From the IMG/VR virus record IMGVR_UViG_2061766007_000925, positions 6,821 through 70,820 of that record: a stretch of 64,000 nucleotides of DNA. The stretch is one strand, 5' to 3'. Below are positions 46,163 through 55,215 of the stretch, one piece after another. Source of the DNA: a virus. Its lineage: Duplodnaviria > Caudoviricetes. The translations under genes were made by a program, and so were the position numbers. Numbering within the stretch: the first letter of the stretch is position 1; every line of letters begins with the position of its first letter. The notes beneath the pieces were generated by a model that was given only the letters and a program-made list of their open reading frames with translations, was not told where the DNA came from and did not search any database.

Positions 46163-46954
46163 TTACACCTCATGATATCCGACTATCCATAAAAGGTCAC
46201 CCTCCTGAAGGAACTTTTTGCACTTCGCTTCATACACAGGGTCAAGAGGTACATCGCCAATGGACGTTTCCACTTTATCCCCATAACGCTGTGTAGGTGA
46301 GCCCTCAGTCCAAGGCACGAGCTCGTAGTTTATCGGGTTGAACAGGGGTCGATACTTACGAATAGTTTTTTCAGGATTGCCACCCGTGAGAACACCAAGC
46401 ACTTTCACATCAGTACGCCCAGCATTAACAAGACCTTGCATTATCCCACACAGCGTTATTCCGCCGCCTACCGGCACCACAATCCGCTTTACGTCCTCAG
46501 GTATATTAACTGTTTGGGATGCTACCACAAACACCGAGGAAGGCGCTTGTACGCCAAACGGGATTAAGGTCATACCGAATTGAGCCGCATAGTCTCTCGC
46601 CCGTTTCTTCAGCACCACCATGCGCCCATCAGGAATAGCGTGTATGTACGTGTGAGAATTTTCCCTCATCCTGTTAATTGTCGGAGTAGCCTGTCCCTCA
46701 GGAAGGAAGATATGGCACGTATAGCCAAGATACTCACACAGTTGGCTCACTATCTCACACTGTAAGCTGTCCCTTGAACCACAGGTGACAAAACACTTAT
46801 TATCATGGCGCTTCATGAGCTCGAATATGCACTCAGCCTTTCCACCTGAACAGCCACACACCTCAATCAGGTCATTTCTCTTCAGGTATATTCCGTCTAC
46901 TTTCTCTATCTTCGATATCATTCCATCCACGCCTTTCTGATATCCAGTAACCAA
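46163..46954 (-). CDS. PLP-dependent fold-type-II enzyme (D-cysteine desulfhydrase/ACC deaminase-like)
   Basis: IYLKRNDL..GCSGGKAE; IVVPVGGGITLCG; LDPVYEAK. Confidence 0.82.
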   Translation of the reverse strand: MVTGYQKGVDGMISKIEKVDGIYLKRNDLIEVCGCSGGKAECIFELMKRHDNKCFVTCGSRDSLQCEIVSQLCEYLGYTCHIFLPEGQATPTINRMRENSHTYIHAIPDGRMVVLKKRARDYAAQFGMTLIPFGVQAPSSVFVVASQTVNIPEDVKRIVVPVGGGITLCGIMQGLVNAGRTDVKVLGVLTGGNPEKTIRKYRPLFNPINYELVPWTEGSPTQRYGDKVETSIGDVPLDPVYEAKCKKFLQEGDLLWIVGYHEV

Positions 46955-47763
46955 TTATCAAAGGTCATCTGTTTGTTGATACCACCAACTGAAAGCTCCC
47001 TCAGGTACTTGCTCGTTATGTTTATGCCGGCGATATATTTTAAAGGTCTCCCAAGGTCAAGACGGGCAAGGCATTCAGCCCTAAAAGCCTTCCAAAACAA
47101 CGCAAGGTCATACTTGTCCTTATCCGTTGTTTCAAAAGGCAAATCATCATCCTTCTTTGTTGTTCCAAGGCACAGGTTTGCGCCTATCTTGAAAGAATTT
47201 GCTCCCGACACCTTCTCAATATTGTCCATTACAAGCAACAGGTACTTGTTGAACTTCTCAGGGTCATAAAGACAGAGAAGGTTGACATCCCCAGGAACAG
47301 CACAACACTTCTTGATAATATCCTCATCACCACCACGGGTTATGCGATGGTAATACTCAAGAACTTCCTCGCTCGTGTAGGTGTCCATATAGAACACTGT
47401 CGCCCTACTCTTGATGGTTGGAAGTGTGTTCTCTATCGTGCTCAGGGTCATGATAAAGTATGCGTTGTTAGGAGGCTCTTCCGTCACCTTCAGCATTGCG
47501 TTTTTCGCTGCAACTGACATATTATCAGCGTCGGCAAAGAGATAAACTGTCGGTGATACAACCTTATATGCCTGCTCAATTGCCTCTCTCACGCTATCCA
47601 CATCAGAACCCCAATCCTGACATATTCCAAGCGACCATAAGGAGTTTTGAACTATCGTCTGTCTTCCACTCCCCTTCTCGCCCACAAATATTGAGAACCG
47701 AGGGAAATTACCTGTCTCAAGTATCTCCCTCAGCCGTTCCTGTAGCTTCCTCTGTCCTATCAT
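46918..47763 (-). CDS. holB: DNA polymerase III delta-prime-like subunit
   Basis: GEKGSGRQT; ADNMSVAAKNAMLKVTEEPP; LPTIKSRA. Confidence 0.85.
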   Translation of the reverse strand: MIGQRKLQERLREILETGNFPRFSIFVGEKGSGRQTIVQNSLWSLGICQDWGSDVDSVREAIEQAYKVVSPTVYLFADADNMSVAAKNAMLKVTEEPPNNAYFIMTLSTIENTLPTIKSRATVFYMDTYTSEEVLEYYHRITRGGDEDIIKKCCAVPGDVNLLCLYDPEKFNKYLLLVMDNIEKVSGANSFKIGANLCLGTTKKDDDLPFETTDKDKYDLALFWKAFRAECLARLDLGRPLKYIAGINITSKYLRELSVGGINKQMTFDNWLLDIRKAWME

Positions 47764-47858
47764 TACTCTCCTCTTCTTTCTCAGGTGCGCCGCACATCAG
47801 GTCGCACAGCCACTCCTCATACGACATATTCTTCGGTGGGTAAAGCTCACATCCCATA

Positions 47859-48887
47859 TCACGCCTCCAAACAGAACTGAAACAGGTTTGCCTCTACCAT
47901 TGCCTTAGGGCTTGTGTCCCACTTGATATCAGCGTTCAGCTTTAACAGTACCTCAAGCAATGCCTGACATCTCACGAAGTAGCTGTCCTCTTTTTTGGAC
48001 AGCTCATCATGGTAGTAATTCGGGATTTGGGTAAGGTCAAGGCTTCCTGTAAGGAAATACTTGCAAAGGTCAAGGACAAACGACGTATAGTTTCTGACGA
48101 ACAGCTTTAAGTCCTTGCCCTGTCGGTGCAACTCCTCAATCTTCTCCATCATCCCACGGGTATCAGGAGCTACCAGGTCGTCGGTTAGGTGTAGCATTTC
48201 GTCATAATCAACTGTGCCGATTGCTGAAACGACATTCTGAACTGTGAGCTTAGGACTATATGCCAAACATTTGTCCATCATCGTGATTGCGTCACGCATT
48301 CCTCCGTCGGCTAACTTGGCTATATACTCGATAGCATCCATGTCCCATGATAAAGACTTATTCGTTGCCGACTCGCTTCCGAGGATATAGTGAAGTCTCA
48401 GCCCCACGCCCTTTTGGCTTATACGCTGAAAATCGTACCGCTGTACCCTCGAAAGAATTGTCTTTGGTATCTTCTGTGGGTCTGTGGTACAGAATATGAA
48501 TATGGCGGTCTCAGGCGGCTCCTCAAGCAACTTGAGCATTGCTTGCCACGCTGAGTTTGAGAGTGAGTGACACTCGTCAATGATATAGATACGATACTTA
48601 CTTCCGTCAAGGGTTGCCATACGGGATTGCTGAATAATTGTCCTAACGTCATTGACGCTGTTATTGCTAGCAGCGTCAATTTCGGTCGGTGTTCCTTTTC
48701 CATTGTTAATCTCGTTGGCGAATATCCTTGCCGTGGTAGTCTTTCCTGTTCCGGCTCCACCACAAAACAGGTAAGCGTGTTTGATTTCTCCACTCCTCAA
48801 CTGTTGTCTGAGAATGGTCTTGACACTTCCCTGTTCCGTCACATCCTCAAAGGTTGTGGGTCGGTACTTGACAGCAAGTGATTGCAT
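47859..48887 (-). CDS. dnaX: DNA polymerase III gamma/tau-like clamp-loader ATPase
   Basis: LAVKYRP; GGAGTGKTT; EIDAASNNSV; IIDECH; TILSRVQR; GGMRDA. Confidence 0.93.
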   Translation of the reverse strand: MQSLAVKYRPTTFEDVTEQGSVKTILRQQLRSGEIKHAYLFCGGAGTGKTTTARIFANEINNGKGTPTEIDAASNNSVNDVRTIIQQSRMATLDGSKYRIYIIDECHSLSNSAWQAMLKLLEEPPETAIFIFCTTDPQKIPKTILSRVQRYDFQRISQKGVGLRLHYILGSESATNKSLSWDMDAIEYIAKLADGGMRDAITMMDKCLAYSPKLTVQNVVSAIGTVDYDEMLHLTDDLVAPDTRGMMEKIEELHRQGKDLKLFVRNYTSFVLDLCKYFLTGSLDLTQIPNYYHDELSKKEDSYFVRCQALLEVLLKLNADIKWDTSPKAMVEANLFQFCLEA

Positions 48888-48898
48888 AGGCTACCCCC

Positions 48899-49126
48899 TT
48901 ACAGCTCTCCGATAAGTGTGTACTTGGCGAACGTGCCGGTAGTGCCGAACCTGTCAGTGAACTCGATGGTCTCTGTCTCGATATCGTAAGTTTTTCTCAG
49001 CGTAAATATAATCGCTGACAGCCTCGTTGCTCCGTAGGTCTGAATAGCTTCCCAGCTCGTAATGCTCCCGTGCTCTAACAGGTGCTTCTTTACCAACTGT
49101 GTCTTGTTAATCTGTGTTCGTGCCAT
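48899..49126 (-). CDS. winged-HTH small protein
   Basis: KHLLEHGSITSWEAIQTYGATRLSAIIFTLR. Confidence 0.75.
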   Translation of the reverse strand: MARTQINKTQLVKKHLLEHGSITSWEAIQTYGATRLSAIIFTLRKTYDIETETIEFTDRFGTTGTFAKYTLIGEL

Positions 49127-49454
49127 CTTCTAATGCCCTCCTCATGCGTAAAAATAGTTTTTCGTCTACCACGTAGTACCTGTCTCCGTTATCCCCGAAG
49201 TCAAAGCACAACGCATTGTATGATTTCCCCGTAGCGAATGCCTCATCCTTGTTCTTGGTGAGCCAATCCTTCTTCACGGAAAAACTCTCTCGTTGTGTAG
49301 TGGTGGTCTTGCATTCAATCAACCACTCAGGCGTCACCACATCACCTTTTACCCACGGCGTCGCTCCACTGTTAGGGGTTTGCTTGCCCCCAACAGCTTT
49401 TGCAACAGCCTTTTCCTGTTTGTTTGAATAGAACCTTGTCGGTCTGTTTGCCAT
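49107..49454 (-). CDS. PD-(D/E)XK nuclease, Holliday-junction-resolvase-like
   Basis: SGAT...GDV...LIECKT. Confidence 0.7.
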   Translation of the reverse strand: MANRPTRFYSNKQEKAVAKAVGGKQTPNSGATPWVKGDVVTPEWLIECKTTTTQRESFSVKKDWLTKNKDEAFATGKSYNALCFDFGDNGDRYYVVDEKLFLRMRRALEDGTNTD

Positions 49455-49457
49455 ATC

Positions 49458-49820
49458 TTAATACCCAAAATGTAAGCACACAAGGTTGTCCCACTCGTTC
49501 AGGTCAAAACCTTTCAGCATTCCTATCAGGGGAGTGTACCTTCTGTAATGCTCATTTGCCTCAGCCTTCTCAAGAGTTTCAAGTAAGGTGGGAACAGCAA
49601 TCTCCTTCATTACCTTTCCGTAGGCGTCGGTGAATACTTCATCGTGCTCTCCGAGAAAGATAAAAGCATCGGTCTCAGGGCTCTTGTCAATCACGCTCAG
49701 TACATCGTTTCCGACACAACTGAGGTCAAAGCTCGTTATTACCCTTGCAAACACACGCCCTGACTCTGAAATGAAATCATCGCACTTCTCAGCCACATAA
49801 ATTCTGCTCTCATAACCCAT
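49458..49820 (-). CDS. hypothetical protein
   Basis: GGAGG RBS; DAYG..MKEI; HYRR; HFGY end. Confidence 0.7.
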   Translation of the reverse strand: MGYESRIYVAEKCDDFISESGRVFARVITSFDLSCVGNDVLSVIDKSPETDAFIFLGEHDEVFTDAYGKVMKEIAVPTLLETLEKAEANEHYRRYTPLIGMLKGFDLNEWDNLVCLHFGY

Positions 49821-49879
49821 ATTCTTTTCCTCCTTGAGTGTTCTAAGTGTTTTAAGTGTTATTGCCTTTCGACAATATC

Positions 49880-49908
49880 ATCATAACATGGTATATAATG
49901 TTTGTCAA
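49880..49908 (-). promoter_or_regulatory. sigma-A promoter with inverted operator
   Basis: TTGACA-AACATTATATACCATGT-TATGAT, near-identical to 32571-32599. Confidence 0.82.
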
Positions 49909-49939
49909 GGGTTTTTGAAAAAATTTCAAACTTTTTTTT

Positions 49940-50974
49940 TCAATCGTCCTCGGTAATCTTGCTCTCAATGAAATCTTCAATCTTCTTCAGGACTTCTATG
50001 TTCGCCTCATCCTCTAAGTAAGCATATACCTTGGGCTGTCCCTGTAACTTGATAAGCTGTTCTCCTGTGGTCGGGTCAATGATAGCAAACCACGCTCCGG
50101 CTTGGTCAATTATGCCGTACTTGATGGCAACCTCTATCAGGTCTTTCAGGTAGTCAATACCTGTAAGGTAATTCAGGGTGTAAAATCCGGTGCGTCTTGT
50201 GGGTGGACAAGTCTTGTTCTTCTTCATAGAAACAAGCACATAATTGCCGGCAGGGTTCTCAGCCTGTCTTGTCAGGTCATTTCCCTTTTCATCAATGTAC
50301 TTACCCATCCTGAACTCAAACCTTGCCGAGCACAAGAACTTCCAACATTCTCCGCCTGGTGTAGTCATTCCTCCGTAAGGTGAGTTCATATCAGCCCTTT
50401 GCTGATTGAGACCGATAACTGTGGCGTTAAATTTGCTGCAAAACATCTCAGCCTTCTTACTGAAGTTCGTCAGCGCCATGGAGATACCACCATAGGTTTT
50501 CTCCTCGATGGACTTCTCGAATGCCTGATTTGACATCATAGCGCCGAGCGAATCAATAATTACAAGCCCTATCTCTCCTGTCTCAAGCAACTCAAGAATG
50601 ATATCGAAGATGGCTTCAGCTCCCTGTCCTTTCGGTTGGAGAAGGAAAAAGTCATCCCTGTCGAAGTCTACACCCAACTTGCGTCCCCACACCCTGTCGA
50701 GAGTGTTTTCAACGTCAGCATAAAGGACACCCTTTGCGCCCTCCATGTTCTGATAGTTCGCTACGATATCAAGCGCTGTCGTGGTCTTGCCCCCGTGGTT
50801 CTCCCCGTAAAACTCAATCAGCTTTCCCGTCGGGATGCCCCCGTAGGTCATATAGTTCAGCCTTGGACTCGTGAATGGTATTCTGTCATACTCGTACTTG
50901 GCAAGTCCCTTGGTCAGGATTGTGTCCTTGTACTTCTTGTTCATATCCTTCATCAGTTCTTCAACTTTAGACAT
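49940..50974 (-). CDS. recA: RecA-family recombinase
   Basis: GGIPTGKLIEFYGENHGGKTT; LVIIDSLGAM; LNQQR; TPGG. Confidence 0.93.
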   Translation of the reverse strand: MSKVEELMKDMNKKYKDTILTKGLAKYEYDRIPFTSPRLNYMTYGGIPTGKLIEFYGENHGGKTTTALDIVANYQNMEGAKGVLYADVENTLDRVWGRKLGVDFDRDDFFLLQPKGQGAEAIFDIILELLETGEIGLVIIDSLGAMMSNQAFEKSIEEKTYGGISMALTNFSKKAEMFCSKFNATVIGLNQQRADMNSPYGGMTTPGGECWKFLCSARFEFRMGKYIDEKGNDLTRQAENPAGNYVLVSMKKNKTCPPTRRTGFYTLNYLTGIDYLKDLIEVAIKYGIIDQAGAWFAIIDPTTGEQLIKLQGQPKVYAYLEDEANIEVLKKIEDFIESKITEDD

Positions 50975-50986
50975 TCAAGCACCCCC

Positions 50987-51265
50987 TTATTCCTGTGCAT
51001 TCTCAAGTGACGAAACAACCTCATCTAAATCACTACTGATATCCTCAAGGCTATCCACAGCCTGCTGAAGGTTCTCGCTCGCTTCTTCAGACGAATAGTA
51101 CCTGTCCGACCCCTGTAAGTTTTCAGGCGTACTCTCTCGGTACGAATCCTCGTCACTCATAATGTCGTCAACCTCGTCCTTCAGTTCGTCAAGGGTCTCC
51201 TTCAGGGTCTCAATCTTTTCGATTACGTCGGCAATCTGCTTTCTTCGCTCCTTATTCATTGTCAT
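50987..51265 (-). CDS. acidic coiled-coil hypothetical protein
   Basis: MNKERRKQI...PENLQGSDRY. Confidence 0.7.
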   Translation of the reverse strand: MTMNKERRKQIADVIEKIETLKETLDELKDEVDDIMSDEDSYRESTPENLQGSDRYYSSEEASENLQQAVDSLEDISSDLDEVVSSLENAQE

Positions 51266-51482
51266 CCTCCTTCAAAATAATCAGGTCATCCATCTTGCAC
51301 TTGCATATCTCAGCAATGCTGTAGGCTGTGTCAAACCTCGGCAACGTCTTCCCCTGAAACCAATAGTAAATGGTGGAGATGTCAAGGTTCAGCTCCCTAC
51401 TCAAGTCCTTAGGTGAAACTCCGGCGCTCTCGCATTGCTTCTTGATGTTCTCGCCTGTGGCTTTCATGTCAATCTTTCTCAA
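51252..51482 (-). CDS. XRE-family HTH regulator
   Basis: SPKDLSRELNLDISTIYYWFQGKTLP. Confidence 0.85.
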   Translation of the reverse strand: MRKIDMKATGENIKKQCESAGVSPKDLSRELNLDISTIYYWFQGKTLPRFDTAYSIAEICKCKMDDLIILKEDDNE

Positions 51483-52030
51483 TATTCATCCCTCCTACTC
51501 TCGCTTATCCCACTTGAAAGATGGGTCAACTGTTCCTCTTGCATTCTGTGAGACAGCACCTTCTTACAGCTTGATAAAAGCTCCTGAGCCGCGTCAACCT
51601 TTGCCTTCATGGTCTTGTATGCTCTTGAATAGCATACGTTTACCAACTGTTCATGCTGACTCTGTAACTCAGCCTGTGTGTTCTTATCGGCAACTGTTCC
51701 TGTGGCGTTGTTGTCTCTTGCCGTGTTATACATTTCCTTCCAAATCGCCTTGCTGATATCGTCCCTGACACCGAGCTGTTCACACATACCCGATGCAAAG
51801 TAAATGTCCGTGGACAAGTTCAAACAGAAGTCCTCAAGCTCCGCTGTTGTAGGGGGCTTCTCGCCGTCTCTCAGGCACTCAGCAATGAACCTCACATACT
51901 TGTCCAAATCCTTACAGTAAGGCTTGATAATGCCGTCCACAATCTCATCCACATTAACGGACGCCTTCTCCACCTTATTCTTGATGGTACTTACCACATC
52001 AGCCACTTTCTTGTCTATCTCGTATATCAT
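51479..52030 (-). CDS. UvsY-like recombination mediator (putative)
   Basis: Long helical protein between RecU and RecA. Confidence 0.45.
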   Translation of the reverse strand: MIYEIDKKVADVVSTIKNKVEKASVNVDEIVDGIIKPYCKDLDKYVRFIAECLRDGEKPPTTAELEDFCLNLSTDIYFASGMCEQLGVRDDISKAIWKEMYNTARDNNATGTVADKNTQAELQSQHEQLVNVCYSRAYKTMKAKVDAAQELLSSCKKVLSHRMQEEQLTHLSSGISESRRDEY

Positions 52031-52581
52031 TTGCTTACCTCCTGTAAAAAGCTCTCCATGTCATAGTCAAAGAATACTCTCTTCTTCATACCCGAAACAG
52101 CAATCGGTTGAACACATTTACCCACCTTGAGGTCATTGCCCATTATGACTTTGCTAAGATTAAAATCATATCGGATGCTTTTATAACCAAACTTTCTGGC
52201 GTCGGCTAAAAGCCCAATCGGGATAAACAAAGTCACATCGTGGTCAATCCACCAACACATTATTCCCGCTATAGCGCCGTCTATCTTGGATTTCTCAAGC
52301 AATCCCTCCCACTGTTTATCCGAGATATTCCCATAAAAGCCTTGGAGCTTTCCTCTCTTGTTGAGCTTGGGAACACTGTGGATGCTCAGGGTGTTCCCGT
52401 GTACCGACTTGCACTCGATATAATATATGCGAGGCTTTCGGTACACGATAAAGTCACACACGTTTGAGCTTCCGACGTAACCTGTCGTTTGGTCGTGTAG
52501 TCTGTCCACGCTCACGTTGGGAGTTTTCTCGAAGCACTCCTGAACGACATCCTCAAACTGTTTGCCTCTGTTTACAGCCAT
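52027..52581 (-). CDS. recU: RecU-like Holliday junction resolvase
   Basis: NRGKQFE; CDFI; YIECKS; ISDKQW. Confidence 0.8.
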   Translation of the reverse strand: MAVNRGKQFEDVVQECFEKTPNVSVDRLHDQTTGYVGSSNVCDFIVYRKPRIYYIECKSVHGNTLSIHSVPKLNKRGKLQGFYGNISDKQWEGLLEKSKIDGAIAGIMCWWIDHDVTLFIPIGLLADARKFGYKSIRYDFNLSKVIMGNDLKVGKCVQPIAVSGMKKRVFFDYDMESFLQEVSK

Positions 52582-53492
52582 TGTCTCATCCTCCTGAAGG
52601 TGTCCTGAAAGATGGTATAGTTGTCGCTTGCTCTCTTGGCGCTGTCAGCTGCGCAACTCCTGATAGCGAACACTACTCTCTCAAATGCCGGAAACTTCTC
52701 AAGCGCCTCTTTGAAGCACTTGCTGATAACCTCAGGGTCTTGTCCGAATGCACCACAACCCCATGCGCCTAATACGAGATTATCAACGCCTGCAAGGATA
52801 GCCGACTTGATAATCTGTTCCGTTCTCTGTCGGATAACCTCATACTCTTTCTCTCTCGACCTGATAAAGCACGAAGGAGCTGGACACGTGATGACATCCA
52901 TGGTGTAAGGCGTAACCTCACTGTAAGTGGTGTCATCCTTGAAGAATGTTACATCGACCGAATAGATAAGGTTATCAAGGTAAACCGAGTCAAACATCTT
53001 TCTTCCGTTTATGCCGAAAGAAGCAATATTGGCGTCGTAGTAATACTTCTTTGCCACATCCGTCGTGATGGATTGATACAGGTTGGAGCACCGACAAATG
53101 TTCTCTTCCTGTGTGGTAGCGCCTGTCTTGACAAGTCCACCAGGAACAAGGGCGTCAGCAAAGTTAAGGATAGCTGTTGTGCCACCATACTTCTTAACGA
53201 GCCTTCTTCCAGCCTCAACTGTACCCATCGGCTTTACCTCGACCTTCATGCGAGGGTTAGGAGTAAAGTCAATGTCATCCTCTCTGATAAGGTAGTCATA
53301 GACGAACGTACCTAAACCTGTGAGCCTGCGGGTCTGTATAGCAAAACGTCCTAAAGATTGCTTAACAGTGTCCTCAAACACGGCAACCTCAAAGTCATGC
53401 ACCCTGTGCGCCTTGGGAGCTGTTGTAAAATCCGTATAGTCCTTAAAACTCATATCAGTAATTTCCTTGATTGTCTTTTTCTTCTTTGCCAT
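52572..53492 (-). CDS. TIGR02452/DUF2263 bacterial PARG-type macrodomain
   Basis: AILNFADALVPGG..TGATTQEENICRCSNLY; VITCPAP; LVLGAWGCGAFG. Confidence 0.88.
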   Translation of the reverse strand: MAKKKKTIKEITDMSFKDYTDFTTAPKAHRVHDFEVAVFEDTVKQSLGRFAIQTRRLTGLGTFVYDYLIREDDIDFTPNPRMKVEVKPMGTVEAGRRLVKKYGGTTAILNFADALVPGGLVKTGATTQEENICRCSNLYQSITTDVAKKYYYDANIASFGINGRKMFDSVYLDNLIYSVDVTFFKDDTTYSEVTPYTMDVITCPAPSCFIRSREKEYEVIRQRTEQIIKSAILAGVDNLVLGAWGCGAFGQDPEVISKCFKEALEKFPAFERVVFAIRSCAADSAKRASDNYTIFQDTFRRMRQWL

Positions 53493-53538
53493 AGTTTTTG
53501 TCCTCCATGCGTGTTAGTAGTTTTTGTATTTCATAAAC

Positions 53539-53567
53539 ATTATATACTATGTTTATGCCTTTGTCAA
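53539..53567 (-). promoter_or_regulatory. sigma-A promoter with perfect operator
   Basis: TTGACA-17-TATAAT; TAAACAT-N8-ATGTTTA. Confidence 0.88.
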
Positions 53568-53575
53568 GCCCCCTT

Positions 53576-54385
53576 TCAAAATAATCCACCCCGACACGCC
53601 GACTTGTAATTACAGTATTCACACACTGATTTCGGTAAGTCTTCAGGTTTCGGGGGAACTTGGTGTTTGTCAATGTAAGCGTCACATTCTGATATCTTCC
53701 CGATGAGCTCTGTCTTCATCTCATCTGTGGGAGTGAACAGGAATGCTTTCATGTCGAGCATATCCCTGTTGATATAGACGAAGATTACGTCGGAGAGATT
53801 GAACGCCAAGCTGTAGGCTGTCGCCTGCATATAGTGCTTCGGGTCAACTCCCTTTCGGGTCATCCACTTGTTGATACTCTCGGTCTTGAGCTCAAGGATA
53901 TAATACTTGCCCTTATACCTGATAATGCCGTCACACAAGAAACTCATGCTCAGCTCATCGTGATACAGCTTAGTCTCATACTCGCCCTTCTCAAAGTCAG
54001 GCTCTTTGACTACCTTGACGCCCTTTATTTCCCGCTGTCTTACGAAGTCAGCCACATTGATATATTCACAATCAATGCCGTTGGTTGCCATGTCGATAAC
54101 AGCCTGTTGAACTCTCTCATGGATATCCGAACCTGAGTTACAAATTCCTATCAGCGTGTAGGAGGTGTACCCTTCATCCTGTTGTGCTCCTGTCCTCTGA
54201 TAGTACATATTCCTGATACAGTGCATTGACGACGGCTTATAAGTCTGAGAAGGCTTCCTCTCATTTGCCTTGTCCGTCAGCTCAATGCTTCTCTTTAAGT
54301 CCGATAAAAAGGATTGCTCTATCGGTATCTGAGTGTTTGCCTCCTGAATAAGTCGGCACACATTCTTCAAAGTGCTCCTTGCCAT
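53576..54385 (-). CDS. Cas4-like PD-(D/E)XK exonuclease with 4-Cys cluster (start MARSTL)
   Basis: PSSMHCIR; GSDIHE; CDG..ELKT; QATAY; CEYCNYKSAC. Confidence 0.85.
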   Translation of the reverse strand: MARSTLKNVCRLIQEANTQIPIEQSFLSDLKRSIELTDKANERKPSQTYKPSSMHCIRNMYYQRTGAQQDEGYTSYTLIGICNSGSDIHERVQQAVIDMATNGIDCEYINVADFVRQREIKGVKVVKEPDFEKGEYETKLYHDELSMSFLCDGIIRYKGKYYILELKTESINKWMTRKGVDPKHYMQATAYSLAFNLSDVIFVYINRDMLDMKAFLFTPTDEMKTELIGKISECDAYIDKHQVPPKPEDLPKSVCEYCNYKSACRGGLF

Positions 54386-54893
54386 TACTTCTCCCTCCTT
54401 AAATTGCAACAATCCCAAGGATTGCTGTTAAAGTGGCTCTTCCAATAGTGGTAAGCCTCTGTCTCATCCTCGCACACACTCATCTCTTTGAACCCCGTGA
54501 TGTTCTTAATGTAATCGAGCTTCTTTGTCAGGGGCAAGTGGGTGTAGCCACTCTGCTTCACTGTGTACTCGGAGTAGTCAATGTCGAACCATTGCTTAAT
54601 CCAAGAATTAACTCGTAAGAACTCAATCAGGATTTTGTCGCACTTCACCTTGTTGAGCACATCGAAATCAACATACTGAGGGATAAACGGGGATAATCGC
54701 AACTGTACGTCATACCCCAATGCTGATAACTTCTCAATCGCCTGAATGCGCTTGCTCGGAACTGTGGCGCTCTCATAGGTCAGAGATAAGTCATCATCCG
54801 TCGTGGTCACTGTAATCTGAATATGCGCAAGGTCTTTGTCCAAGACCTCAAGGTATTCATCAGATGCCACCATATCGCTCTTAGTGACAATTA
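54385..54893 (-). pseudogene. N-terminally truncated radical-SAM (spore photoproduct lyase-like) gene
   Basis: LIVTKSD..A..HIQITVTT...PSKRIQAIEKL..GYDVQLRLSPFIP is barrel-like; no CxxxCxxC motif; the only in-frame ATG lies inside the upstream gene. Confidence 0.65.
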
Positions 54894-55202
54894 GGAAAGC
54901 TCCTCGCCCTTGAGGTTGTTGCAAGCGTACTCATCAGCCTTGCCCCAAAGCTCCTCATAGACTTTAGCGAACTCCTCGTTGCCTTCCTCATGGTGCTGCC
55001 ACAACTTCCAATTCAGAACCATGACAAGCTCTGTCAGATATTTATAATTCTTCTTCCACCCATCAAATGCTCTCTTGTAGGTGTCCCTGATTGCCGACAC
55101 TCCGAAGTTATCGGCAATACTGAAATCTGTGAAAAACGTGGTTATCTGTTTGTAACCAAATGCAGCCTCGCTGTCAAAAACCTTTACTGAAATCTGAGAC
55201 AT
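54891..55202 (-). CDS. conserved phage protein, apparently C-terminally clipped
   Basis: TTFFTDFSIADNFGVSAIRDTYKRAF...TELVMVLNWKLWQH; ends GEELS*. Confidence 0.7.
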   Translation of the reverse strand: MSQISVKVFDSEAAFGYKQITTFFTDFSIADNFGVSAIRDTYKRAFDGWKKNYKYLTELVMVLNWKLWQHHEEGNEEFAKVYEELWGKADEYACNNLKGEELS

Positions 55203-55215
55203 TCTGTTCACCCCC

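Noticed and set aside
49940-50974. Inteins or introns in RecA, PolA, TerL or DnaX
   Set aside because: Lengths are ordinary and motifs are contiguous.
52572-53492. PARG as dedicated antitoxin of the two ARTs
   Set aside because: ExE ARTs typically give Arg-ADPr, which PARG-type macrodomains do not cleave. The genes are also unlinked and in different expression modules.
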